A DNA stretch of 24,280 bases, taken from the NCBI GenBank assembly GCA_040261965.1, contig JBDQNA010000001.1, positions 1-24,280 of the forward strand, given 5' to 3'. Positions 16,430-24,280 of the stretch are shown one piece after another. The translations under genes were made by a program, and so were the position numbers. Source of the stretch: Flavobacteriaceae bacterium (GTDB lineage Bacteria; Bacteroidota; Bacteroidia; Flavobacteriales; Flavobacteriaceae). The number at the start of each line of letters is the position of its first letter. Within the stretch, counting starts at the first letter, position 1. The notes beneath the pieces are model-generated. The model was not told the origin of the DNA, did not search any database, and saw only the letters and a list, made by a program, of their open reading frames with translations.

Positions 16430-16948
16430 ATGGCTGCCAAAAAGGAAAAAAAAACAGCACAAAAAGAGGAAAAGCAAGAGGCACAAGAACCCGTTGTTGA
16501 GCGCAACGAACTTCTTGAAACTCAAGAAGCTTTAGAAGCGGAGAATAACAAGTTTTTACGGTTGTTTGCCGAGTTTGAAAACTATAAAAAACGCACAGCC
16601 AAAGAACGAATCGAGCTGTTCAAAACAGCTTCTCAAGAAGTCATGGTAGCACTGCTGCCTATTTTAGACGATTTTGAGCGTGCGCTTTCCGAACTAGATA
16701 AAGCAGATGATAAGCTCACAGGCATTCAACTTATTTACAACAAATTCTTTGACACCTTAAAACAGCAAGGTCTAACCAAGATGGAGATTGAGCCCAAGGC
16801 AGTTTTTGATGCTGAACTTCATGAAGCCATAACCCAATTGCCCGCTTCAGATGATCACCCAAAAGGTAGTATTATTGATGTTGTAGCTTCTGGATATAAA
16901 CTTGGCGATTTAATTATCCGCTACCCCAAGGTAGTGGTGGCACAATAG
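16430..16948 (+). CDS. grpE: Nucleotide exchange factor GrpE
   Basis: [51 protein letters not shown]. Start placed at ATG 16430. Confidence 0.96.
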   Translation: MAAKKEKKTAQKEEKQEAQEPVVERNELLETQEALEAENNKFLRLFAEFENYKKRTAKERIELFKTASQEVMVALLPILDDFERALSELDKADDKLTGIQLIYNKFFDTLKQQGLTKMEIEPKAVFDAELHEAITQLPASDDHPKGSIIDVVASGYKLGDLIIRYPKVVVAQ

Positions 16949-16950
16949 CT

Positions 16951-18060
16951 ATGAAAGAAGATTATTACGACATACTAGGCGTCAGCAAGTCTGCTTCAGC
17001 TGCTGAAATTAAAAAAGCATATCGCAAAAAAGCGATTGCCCACCACCCCGATAAAAACCCTGGGGATGCGGAAGCTGAAAAGAAATTTAAAGCTGCAGCA
17101 GAGGCGTATGAAGTGTTAGGTGATGAACAAAAACGCGCCAAGTATGACAATTACGGTCATGCCGCATTTGATGGCAGCCAAGGTTTTGGTGGTGGCGGCA
17201 TGAATATGGACGATATCTTCAGTCAGTTTGGGGATATTTTTGGTAGTGCTTTTGGTGGTGGCTTTGGTGGCTTTGGCGGAGGCGGACAGCGCCGCACCAA
17301 GGGGACCAACCTTCGTGTTAGGGTAAGCTTAACTCTCGAAGATATGGTGCTTGGTGTTGAAAAGAAGATTAAAGTAAAACGCAAAAAACAAGCACCCGGT
17401 GTTAGTTATGCGACCTGTAAAACCTGTCAAGGTTCAGGTCAAACCATGCGTATTACCAATACTATATTGGGTCGTATGCAGTCTGCTACAACATGTACTG
17501 CTTGTAATGGTGCTGGACAAACCCTTCGTCATCGACCGTCAGGAGCTGACAGTTATGGTATGATATCTGAAGAAGAAACGGTATCTATTAAAATTCCTGC
17601 AGGTGTTGAGGATGGCATGCAGCTAAAGGTTTCTGGTAAAGGAAATGAAGCGCATGGTCAAGGAATTTCTGGAGATATGATCGTACAAATCACGGTTAAG
17701 GACCACCCCACGCTCAAGCGTGAGGGCAACAACCTTCATTTTGATTTGTATATTTCCTTATCTGAAGCTGTATTGGGTACCTACAAAGAAATTGATACTG
17801 TCGGAGGCTCTGTGCGTATCAAATTAGAGGCTGGAATACAATCAGGTAAAATATTGCGCTTGAAAGGCAAAGGTATCCCGAGTCTTAACCACTATGGTAC
17901 AGGAGATACGTTGGTTCATATCAATGTTTGGACTCCGGAGCAGCTGACAAAAGAACAAAAACAGTTTTTTGAGCAACAGGCCACACACGACAATTTTAAA
18001 CCCAACCCAAGATCAAGTCATAAATCGTTTTTTGATAAGGTAAAAGACATGTTTTCATGA
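16951..18060 (+). CDS. dnaJ: Chaperone DnaJ
   Basis: J domain with HPDKNPG, a G/F-rich region with DIF, two CxxCxGxG motifs, and a C-terminal domain. Confidence 0.97.
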   Translation: MKEDYYDILGVSKSASAAEIKKAYRKKAIAHHPDKNPGDAEAEKKFKAAAEAYEVLGDEQKRAKYDNYGHAAFDGSQGFGGGGMNMDDIFSQFGDIFGSAFGGGFGGFGGGGQRRTKGTNLRVRVSLTLEDMVLGVEKKIKVKRKKQAPGVSYATCKTCQGSGQTMRITNTILGRMQSATTCTACNGAGQTLRHRPSGADSYGMISEEETVSIKIPAGVEDGMQLKVSGKGNEAHGQGISGDMIVQITVKDHPTLKREGNNLHFDLYISLSEAVLGTYKEIDTVGGSVRIKLEAGIQSGKILRLKGKGIPSLNHYGTGDTLVHINVWTPEQLTKEQKQFFEQQATHDNFKPNPRSSHKSFFDKVKDMFS

Positions 18061-18089
18061 TTTTATGGGTTTTGTATTCATAAAGTTTA

Positions 18090-18097
18090 TATATTTG
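18090..18097 (+). promoter_or_regulatory. -7 box (TATATTTG) downstream of dnaJ
   Basis: Exact TAnnTTTG match. The nearest upstream TTTG (18071-18074) is only 15 nt away, which is non-canonical spacing. Confidence 0.45.
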
Positions 18098-18102
18098 GAC
18101 TA

Positions 18103-18184
18103 ACGATAGATTTATCTATAGTTATTTTTCTTTTTCATAGCAATTTTTTCCCACCCTCTTTTTGAGGGTGGGTTTTCTTTTTTT
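18103..18184 (+). ncRNA. Candidate small RNA (about 80 nt) between dnaJ and mscS
   Basis: A promoter box upstream, a short hairpin (ATAGAT-TT-ATCTAT), a U-rich single-stranded tract and a terminator. No family recognised. Confidence 0.35.
18150..18184 (+). terminator. Intrinsic terminator
   Basis: CCCACCCTC-TTTTT-GAGGGTGGG followed by TTTTCTTTTTTT. Confidence 0.85.
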
Positions 18185-18210
18185 AGCAAGTATTTTGTCT
18201 ATATTAGAGT

Positions 18211-19029
18211 ATGGAAAAAATCAAATCAATCTTTCAATATAATATTGGTATAGGCGATGCTCAAATGAGTGTCGGTTCCTTTTTGGTTATGGTTTTACTG
18301 ATCATTGCCTTATACTTTACCATGCGCTTTGTGCGCAAAATACTAACACGCAAATTATCCGATGAACGCAAAGGAAAATTCAAACCTGTCTTTTCATTCT
18401 TTAACTATTCGCTTTATACGGTAATTGTGTTGCTTGCTTTGCAAAATGCAGGTGTCAACCTAAATGCGCTTTTAGCCGCATCAGCTGCCTTATTGGTAGG
18501 CGTTGGTTTTGCCTTGCAGACCTTTTTTCAAGATATCATTTCGGGTATCTTTATTTTAATAGATCAAACCGTTCACGTAGGCGATATTATTGAGCTTGAC
18601 GGAAAGGTTGGACGTGTTGAGAATATAACTCTGCGTACCACTAGAGCTGTTACTCGTGACAATAAGGTACTGGTCATTCCCAACCACAAGTATTTGACTA
18701 CAACTCTTTTTAATTGGACGGAGAACGATAAAGTCACTGGGGAATCTATAAATGTGGGTGTTGCTTATGGCACTGACGTGGAAAAATTCAAAAAAGTAGT
18801 ATTGGAAATTGCGACTCAGCACCCAGATGCTACAAAGAAAAAAGATCCCATACTGTTGTTTCAAGATTTTGGAGACAGCAGTCTAGATTTTACGTTGATT
18901 GTATTTACTGAAAACGCATTCAAAGGCGCCATGATTAAGTCTGATATTAGGTTTGCTATTGAAAAAGCATTGAGAATTAACGACATAGAGATACCTTTCC
19001 CACAACGCGTAATACATACATCCAACTAA
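18211..19029 (+). CDS. mscS: Small-conductance mechanosensitive channel family protein
   Basis: Three N-terminal hydrophobic segments, VGVGFALQ..QDIISG, HVGDIIELDG, VLVIPN, VGVAYGTD, DFGDSSLDF, IEIPFPQR. Confidence 0.92.
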   Translation: MEKIKSIFQYNIGIGDAQMSVGSFLVMVLLIIALYFTMRFVRKILTRKLSDERKGKFKPVFSFFNYSLYTVIVLLALQNAGVNLNALLAASAALLVGVGFALQTFFQDIISGIFILIDQTVHVGDIIELDGKVGRVENITLRTTRAVTRDNKVLVIPNHKYLTTTLFNWTENDKVTGESINVGVAYGTDVEKFKKVVLEIATQHPDATKKKDPILLFQDFGDSSLDFTLIVFTENAFKGAMIKSDIRFAIEKALRINDIEIPFPQRVIHTSN

Positions 19030-20175
19030 ATGGCACAAATTTTAATTGTAGAGGACGAGGCAAATATTCGTCGTGTATTGCATAAGATACTTATTGATGT
19101 TGACAAAAACATCAACATAAGCGAGGCCGCCGACGGAGTAGAAGCCATATCAAAGGTGGATACCCAGACATATGACCTTATATTATGTGACATTAAAATG
19201 CCTAAAAAAGATGGAATTGAGGTACTGGAGCATATTCAAAACGTATCTCCACAATCAGCAGTAGTGATGATATCAGGTCACGGGGATTTAGAAACTGCCG
19301 TAAAGGCAATGCGTATGGGTGCTTATGATTATATATCAAAACCACCTGACTTAAACCACCTGCTACAGACGGTCAATGCTGCGCTTCAAAGAGACACTTC
19401 ACCAAATAAAAAGGTCAAAAGTATTGCTGTTCCTAAGCAGTATACGATGATTGGAAATTCAGAAGCCATTCAAACCATTCACAACATGGTTGAAAAAGTA
19501 GCGCCAACCATGGCGCGGGTTATGATTCAAGGCCCTAATGGCAGTGGTAAAGAATTGGTTGCAAGAGCATTGCACTTTAAAAGTAATCGTGCCAGCGCCC
19601 CTTTTGTAGAAGTGAATTGTGCTGCAATTCCCACAGAGCTTATAGAAAGTGAACTTTTTGGGCATATTAAAGGTGCTTTTACCTCTGCACACAAAGATCG
19701 CAAAGGAACTTTTGAGCAGGCACAAGGCGGCACGCTGTTTTTAGATGAAATAGGAGACATGAGTCTTGCTGCGCAAGCCAAAGTCTTGCGCGCCTTGGAA
19801 GAGCATAAAATTCAACGGGTTGGAAGTGCAAAAACCATTGCTGTGGATGTTCGTGTTATTGCAGCTACAAATAAAAACATTAAAGAAGAGATTGCTCAAA
19901 ATCGCTTTCGTGAAGACTTATACCATCGATTGGCTGTGATAGAAATTCATGTGCCTGCACTGAACAATAGAAGAGATGATATTCCTCTTTTAGCAGATCA
20001 TTTCTTATCCCTTTTAATACCAAAAAAGGAACTTCTTACTGAGGCTGTTGTTGCGCTGCAAAAAATGGATTGGACAGGGAATATTAGGCAATTGCGTAAT
20101 TTTATCGAGCGATTACATATTTTGGGTGGACATCAAATATCCGCACAAGATGTGTCAACATATACCCTTATATAA
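19030..20175 (+). CDS. Sigma54-interacting response regulator (receiver + AAA+), lacking a C-terminal HTH
   Basis: Receiver with CDIKMP and ISKP; Walker A GPNGSGKE; ESELFGHIKGAFTSA; Walker B LFLDE; RFREDLYHRL; WTGNIRQLRN. The protein ends about 20 aa later. Confidence 0.9.
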   Translation: MAQILIVEDEANIRRVLHKILIDVDKNINISEAADGVEAISKVDTQTYDLILCDIKMPKKDGIEVLEHIQNVSPQSAVVMISGHGDLETAVKAMRMGAYDYISKPPDLNHLLQTVNAALQRDTSPNKKVKSIAVPKQYTMIGNSEAIQTIHNMVEKVAPTMARVMIQGPNGSGKELVARALHFKSNRASAPFVEVNCAAIPTELIESELFGHIKGAFTSAHKDRKGTFEQAQGGTLFLDEIGDMSLAAQAKVLRALEEHKIQRVGSAKTIAVDVRVIAATNKNIKEEIAQNRFREDLYHRLAVIEIHVPALNNRRDDIPLLADHFLSLLIPKKELLTEAVVALQKMDWTGNIRQLRNFIERLHILGGHQISAQDVSTYTLI

Positions 20176-20183
20176 ATACCACA

Positions 20184-21587
20184 ATGCTAAAAAACATTTT
20201 TTTTCTCTTTTTAAGTGTTGCGCTATACGCTCAACCCAATACATCTGAAAAGCAACAACTCAAAACATTTTTTGACACTTCATTGTTGGACGGACACGCT
20301 TATGAGTGGTTAGATTATTTAACCAATCGCATAGGCAGTCGTTTGTCTGGTTCGTTGGGTGCAGAGCGTGCCGTAGCTTGGACCAAAGCAGAATTGGAGG
20401 CAATGGGTCTGGATCGTGTTTATTTACAAGCTGTTAAAGTCCCCAAGTGGGTGAGGGGTGCAAAAGAATTTGCGCTTATCGAAACAGCACCTGGCGTAAC
20501 CTTTAATGTACCTATAACTGCCCTTGGTGGTTCTGTTGCGACTCCTTCTGTTGGACTAAAGGCTTTTGTTGTTGAGGTGCAAGGTATTGAGGAGCTCAAA
20601 GCCTTGGGTAGAGCGCAAATTGAAGGAAAAATCGTTTTCTTTAATCGTCCCATGCAAGCTGATCTTATCAGTACTTTTCAGGCATATTCAGGTTGTGTGG
20701 ATCAACGTTATAGTGGAGCTAAAGAAGCGAGTGCATACGGCGCTGTCGGAGTTATTGTTCGATCAATGAATTTACGCTTCGACGACCTTCCCCATACAGG
20801 AGCCATGAGCTATGGAGATCAAGATGTATCTAAACGCATACCTGCAGCTGCTATAAGCACCAATGCAGCTGAAAAATTAAGTAAGCTTTTGAAACTTGAA
20901 CCCAATCTCAAATTCTTATTTCGTCAACAATGCAAAACCTACCCCGATGTCTGGTCACATAATGTTATTGGCGAGATTACAGGAAGTGAATTTCCAAATG
21001 AAATTATCGTTGTAGGCGGTCACTTGGATTCTTGGGATCTAGGGGATGGTGCTCACGATGATGGTGCAGGAGTGGTGCAGTCTATGGAGGTGCTGCGTTT
21101 GTTTAAAGCTACGGGTTATAAACCAAAACGTACCATACGAGTCGTGTTATTTATGAACGAGGAAAACGGACTTAGAGGAGGGAATGCCTATGCCGACAAT
21201 GCACTGTTGACAGGAGAACGGCATATTTTTGCTCTTGAATCTGATGCAGGCGGTTTTACGCCACGTGGTTTTTCATTTAATTGTTCTGACGAGGAATTTG
21301 CACAAGTTGAGTCCTGGAAGCCCTTGTTTAAGCCGTACTTAATTCACTATTTTGAGCAGGGTGGAAGCGGTGCTGACATCAGACCTCTAAAAAACAAATA
21401 CAATGTATTGGCGGGTCTTCGTCCTGACTCCCAGCGCTATTTTGATCACCATCATGCTGAAAACGACTCCTTTGACGCCGTAAACAAGAGAGAACTTGAA
21501 CTTGGTGCTGCAACCATGACTTCGCTCATATATTTATATGATATGTATGGACTAGCTGTACCATCTGACAATACTTTTGCGCGGTAA
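20184..21587 (+). CDS. Secreted M28-family zinc peptidase with PA domain (carboxypeptidase Q-like)
   Basis: Signal peptide, GSRLSGS, GGHLDSWD, GAHDDGAG, NEENGL, ALESDAG, YFDHHH. Confidence 0.88.
   Translation: MLKNIFFLFLSVALYAQPNTSEKQQLKTFFDTSLLDGHAYEWLDYLTNRIGSRLSGSLGAERAVAWTKAELEAMGLDRVYLQAVKVPKWVRGAKEFALIETAPGVTFNVPITALGGSVATPSVGLKAFVVEVQGIEELKALGRAQIEGKIVFFNRPMQADLISTFQAYSGCVDQRYSGAKEASAYGAVGVIVRSMNLRFDDLPHTGAMSYGDQDVSKRIPAAAISTNAAEKLSKLLKLEPNLKFLFRQQCKTYPDVWSHNVIGEITGSEFPNEIIVVGGHLDSWDLGDGAHDDGAGVVQSMEVLRLFKATGYKPKRTIRVVLFMNEENGLRGGNAYADNALLTGERHIFALESDAGGFTPRGFSFNCSDEEFAQVESWKPLFKPYLIHYFEQGGSGADIRPLKNKYNVLAGLRPDSQRYFDHHHAENDSFDAVNKRELELGAATMTSLIYLYDMYGLAVPSDNTFAR
21572..21579 (+). promoter_or_regulatory. 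Internal -7 box (TACTTTTG) for the MATE gene cluster
   Basis: TAnnTTTG followed by C, in the last codons of the peptidase and 19 nt before the MATE ATG. Confidence 0.45.
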
Positions 21588-21598
21588 CAACCTCAAAG

Positions 21599-22963
21599 AT
21601 GCTCCAACAATACACCAAAGAATTTAAAACCAACTTACGCCTTGCTTGGCCTGTAATGTTAGGTATGGTAGGGCACACTTTGGTGCAATTTGTCGATAAC
21701 ATCATGGTAGGGCAATTGGGAACTACCGAATTGGCAGCCATTTCTCTAGGAAACAGCTTTGTTTTTATCGCCATGTCCATCGGTATTGGGTTTTCAACAG
21801 CCATTACACCACTTATTGCTGAAGCTGATGCCAAACAAAACGCCCATGCCCTTCAAAAGGTATTGCACGAGGGGTTGCGACTTTGTATCATTCTAGGTGT
21901 CGTTCTTTTTCTAGGTGTTTATATAGCTAAGCCGCTGTTGTTCCAAATGGGACAAGAACCCGAGGTAGTTGCATTGGCTTTTCCCTACTTAAACTGGGTG
22001 GCTGTTTCCTTATTGCCTCTTGTTATTTTTCAAGCATTTAAGCAGTTTTCAGACGGTATGTCGCTAACCCGCTATTCCATGTATGCTACGGTATTGGCCA
22101 ATGTCGTAAATGTCATTATCAACTATGTTCTCATTTTTGGGATATGGATATTTCCAAAATGGGGTGTTACAGGAGCAGCTGTGGGTACTTTAGCATCCAG
22201 AGTGACCATGTTGGTTTTTGTAATCATATTACTCTATCGCGATCCCAGAACAGCTGCAATTCTACGGCAGTTGGTTCCCAAACAACTGTATAAAAAAGAA
22301 TTAAACCACTTGTTGCACTTGGGCTTGCCTTCATCTCTTCAAATGTTTTTCGAGGTCAGTTTTTTTACTTTTGCCATCTGGGTATGTGGATTTTTAAGCA
22401 AAGATGCCCAAGCAGCCAATCAGATTGCGCTCAACCTATCTTCCATGACCTTTATGGTCGCCATGGGACTAAGTGTAGCAGCAACCATTCGTGTAGGAAA
22501 CCAAAAGGGTTTTAAGGCTTTTGGTGAATTGAAACGTATTGCTTTATCTGTGTTCTTGCTCACACTACTGTTGGATGTCCTTTTCGCAGCTTTCTTTGTT
22601 GCTTTTAACGAATGGCTTCCTTGGTTATATCTTGACTCAACTACCGGTTTAGACACATTTGCAGTTGCAGAACTAGCAGGATCACTGTTGTTTATATCTG
22701 CTTTTTTTCAAATTTTCGATGGCGCCCAAGTGGTCGCTTTGGGGAGTTTAAGGGGGTTACAGGACGTTCGTATTCCCACTTGGATTACCTTTTTGGCATA
22801 TGGACTCATAGGTGTACCTATTATGCTTTACTTGAGTGTAGAAGTAAATATGGGCGCAAGAGGTGTGTGGATTGGCCTATGCCTTGGTCTGGTGGTATCT
22901 TCATTGTTGTTGTATCTTCGCTTTAGGTATTTATCTAATAAACTAATACGCTCACATGGCTGA
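21599..22963 (+). CDS. MATE-family efflux transporter (NorM-like)
   Basis: About 12 TM segments; FVDNIMVGQLG..LAAISLG, LGLPSSLQMFFEV, AANQIAL, ATIRVGN, FQIFDGAQVV. Confidence 0.93.
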   Translation: MLQQYTKEFKTNLRLAWPVMLGMVGHTLVQFVDNIMVGQLGTTELAAISLGNSFVFIAMSIGIGFSTAITPLIAEADAKQNAHALQKVLHEGLRLCIILGVVLFLGVYIAKPLLFQMGQEPEVVALAFPYLNWVAVSLLPLVIFQAFKQFSDGMSLTRYSMYATVLANVVNVIINYVLIFGIWIFPKWGVTGAAVGTLASRVTMLVFVIILLYRDPRTAAILRQLVPKQLYKKELNHLLHLGLPSSLQMFFEVSFFTFAIWVCGFLSKDAQAANQIALNLSSMTFMVAMGLSVAATIRVGNQKGFKAFGELKRIALSVFLLTLLLDVLFAAFFVAFNEWLPWLYLDSTTGLDTFAVAELAGSLLFISAFFQIFDGAQVVALGSLRGLQDVRIPTWITFLAYGLIGVPIMLYLSVEVNMGARGVWIGLCLGLVVSSLLLYLRFRYLSNKLIRSHG

Positions 22964-23189
22964 TACTATTCCAACATTTTTACTTGCAGATAATGCAGAA
23001 CACCCCGATGCTGTTTTTGTAGTACACACACAGTTTCCACGCTTTATATTAAACTTGGCCAATGACGAACTCGAATGGTGGGAAACCTTTGCTAAAGAGG
23101 ACAAAGAAAGTGCTACAGAAGAAGTTGCCTTGTGGATTGAACGCGCAACAGAATTCTATGATAATGAAGTAAACAAATATACCGACTGA
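22956..23189 (+). CDS. Small acidic hypothetical protein (77 aa)
   Basis: Overlaps the MATE stop by 8 nt and joins PAP2 through TGATG, an arrangement typical of a real translationally coupled gene. Confidence 0.75.
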   Translation: MADTIPTFLLADNAEHPDAVFVVHTQFPRFILNLANDELEWWETFAKEDKESATEEVALWIERATEFYDNEVNKYTD

Positions 23190-23749
23190 TGGACTCCTTG
23201 CTGCTTTGGGATCAAGAACTCTTTTTATGGCTTAACAGTCTGGGCTCCGAACCTTTTGATGCCTTCTGGATGACGGTTACAGACAAACGATATACTATAG
23301 GTCTTTATGCCATACTCACTGCTGTTATGAGCAAACGGTTAGGTTGGAAAAACACACTATGGATGTTATTGGTCATTACACTGCTTATTACTTTCACGGA
23401 CCAAGTAACCAATCTATTTAAAGACGGGTTTAAACGTTTACGCCCTTGTCATGAGGCTGGGCTATCTGATATCATGCGTCAGGTTAAACCAGGCTGTGGG
23501 GGTAAGTATGGATATTTTTCTGGACATGCCTCAAACTCTTTTGCTATGGCTACTTTCTTTGTGGTGCTTTCCGCACGACATTTTAAACGGCTCCGTTGGC
23601 TATTTGTGGTAGCAGCCTTGGTTGCGTACAGCCGCATTTATATAGGTGTGCATTATCCACTTGATGTTATCAGCGGAACCTGTTTTGGTACCCTGGGTGG
23701 TTGGCTATTCGCCAAGCTGTACTTGCGTTTTATTCCAAATCCGATTTAA
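23189..23749 (+). CDS. PAP2-family membrane phosphatase
   Basis: KDGFKRLRP, FSGH, SRIYIGVHYPLD. Confidence 0.92.
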   Translation: MDSLLLWDQELFLWLNSLGSEPFDAFWMTVTDKRYTIGLYAILTAVMSKRLGWKNTLWMLLVITLLITFTDQVTNLFKDGFKRLRPCHEAGLSDIMRQVKPGCGGKYGYFSGHASNSFAMATFFVVLSARHFKRLRWLFVVAALVAYSRIYIGVHYPLDVISGTCFGTLGGWLFAKLYLRFIPNPI

Positions 23750-24280
23750 TTAACTCGGGATAATTTTGTAAAAAGGCACTCACACGGGGTTTAGATACAG
23801 CTTTTATGTAAGGATTGTTAGGATTGTTCTTTTCATAGTCTTGATGGTAGTCCTCAGCTTGATAAAATACATCAAACTTTTTCACTTCAGTAACAATAGG
23901 GTCGGAGTAGCGTTTGGCAACCGTTAATCGTTGAATACTTTTTTCTATAACTTCTTTTTCTTCTGCTGTTTTGTAAAAAGCTATGGACCGATAATGCGTT
24001 CCTCTGTCTGGCCCTTGACGGTTTAGTGTAGTGGGGTCATGTGAGCCAAAAAACACGGTTACTAAAGTTTCAAACGACACGACCTCTTTGTCATAAATCA
24101 CTTTTGTAGTCTCTGCATGTGCTGTTCTACCCCTAACCACCTGATTGTATGTGGGGTTTTTGGTTGTTCCACCTGCATAGCCCGAAATGGCCTCGTGAAC
24201 GCCTGAAACCTGCTCAAAGACAGCTTCGACACACCAGAAGCATCCTGAGGCAAAATAAGCTACTTCATGACCTTGTGGAA
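23730..24280 (-). CDS. msrA: Peptide-methionine (S)-S-oxide reductase MsrA, 5' end outside the window
   Basis: The frame extends past the ORF-track start to the edge: PQGHEVAYFASGCFWCVEAVF...SGYAGG...PTY...AHAE...HDPTTLNRQGPDRGTHYRS...AEDYHQDY. Confidence 0.95.
   Translation of the reverse strand, partial: PQGHEVAYFASGCFWCVEAVFEQVSGVHEAISGYAGGTTKNPTYNQVVRGRTAHAETTKVIYDKEVVSFETLVTVFFGSHDPTTLNRQGPDRGTHYRSIAFYKTAEEKEVIEKSIQRLTVAKRYSDPIVTEVKKFDVFYQAEDYHQDYEKNNPNNPYIKAVSKPRVSAFLQNYPELIKSDLE

Noticed and set aside
1315-22656. The many 60-100 aa antisense or alternate-frame ORFs in the track
   Set aside because: All lie within well-supported genes and show no motifs or independent expression signals.
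23730-23749. 20-nt convergent overlap of PAP2 and msrA
   Set aside because: Similar short tail-to-tail overlaps occur at 8230-8233 and 14327-14330; this reflects general compaction.
1-24280. Mobile elements, prophage, defence systems, tRNA/rRNA, programmed frameshifts
   Set aside because: I saw no transposase, integrase, terminal repeats, cloverleaf or broken reading frames. All recognised genes appear intact.

Overview
A gene-dense, AT-rich chromosomal segment (roughly 38-40% GC by eye) from a Bacteroidota, most likely a Flavobacteriales bacterium. This rests on TAnnTTTG promoter boxes, A-rich translation starts without Shine-Dalgarno sequences, and Bacteroidota-type PurM, PyrF and RF1. I see no mobile element, CRISPR array, rRNA or tRNA. 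The left half is dominated by nitrogen assimilation. A type II glutamine synthetase (cut by the window edge and missing from the ORF track) is divergent from a type III glutamine synthetase, which heads a tight run: purM, a His-rich membrane protein, YceI, prfA, pyrF, a hydrolase. On the minus strand lies a porin-amt-PII-amt-purU cluster. The right half holds crcB, a MazG-like NTP pyrophosphohydrolase, ilvE, a TIGR01777-like oxidoreductase, grpE-dnaJ, mscS, a sigma54-type response regulator with no DNA-binding domain, an M28 peptidase, MATE, a small acidic protein, PAP2 and a partial msrA. The most interesting signals are non-coding. (1) Both nitrogen promoters carry the same pair of CCC-N11/12-GGG palindromes, 53 bp apart centre to centre, with the proximal site over the -33 position; this suggests a nitrogen regulon whose regulator I cannot name. 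(2) A correctly spaced sigma54 -24/-12 element lies on top of the housekeeping promoter of grpE-dnaJ, near the HTH-less activator gene. (3) A candidate small RNA after dnaJ has a segment complementary to the dnaJ start codon region. All regulatory interpretations are inference from motifs and need comparative or experimental tests.
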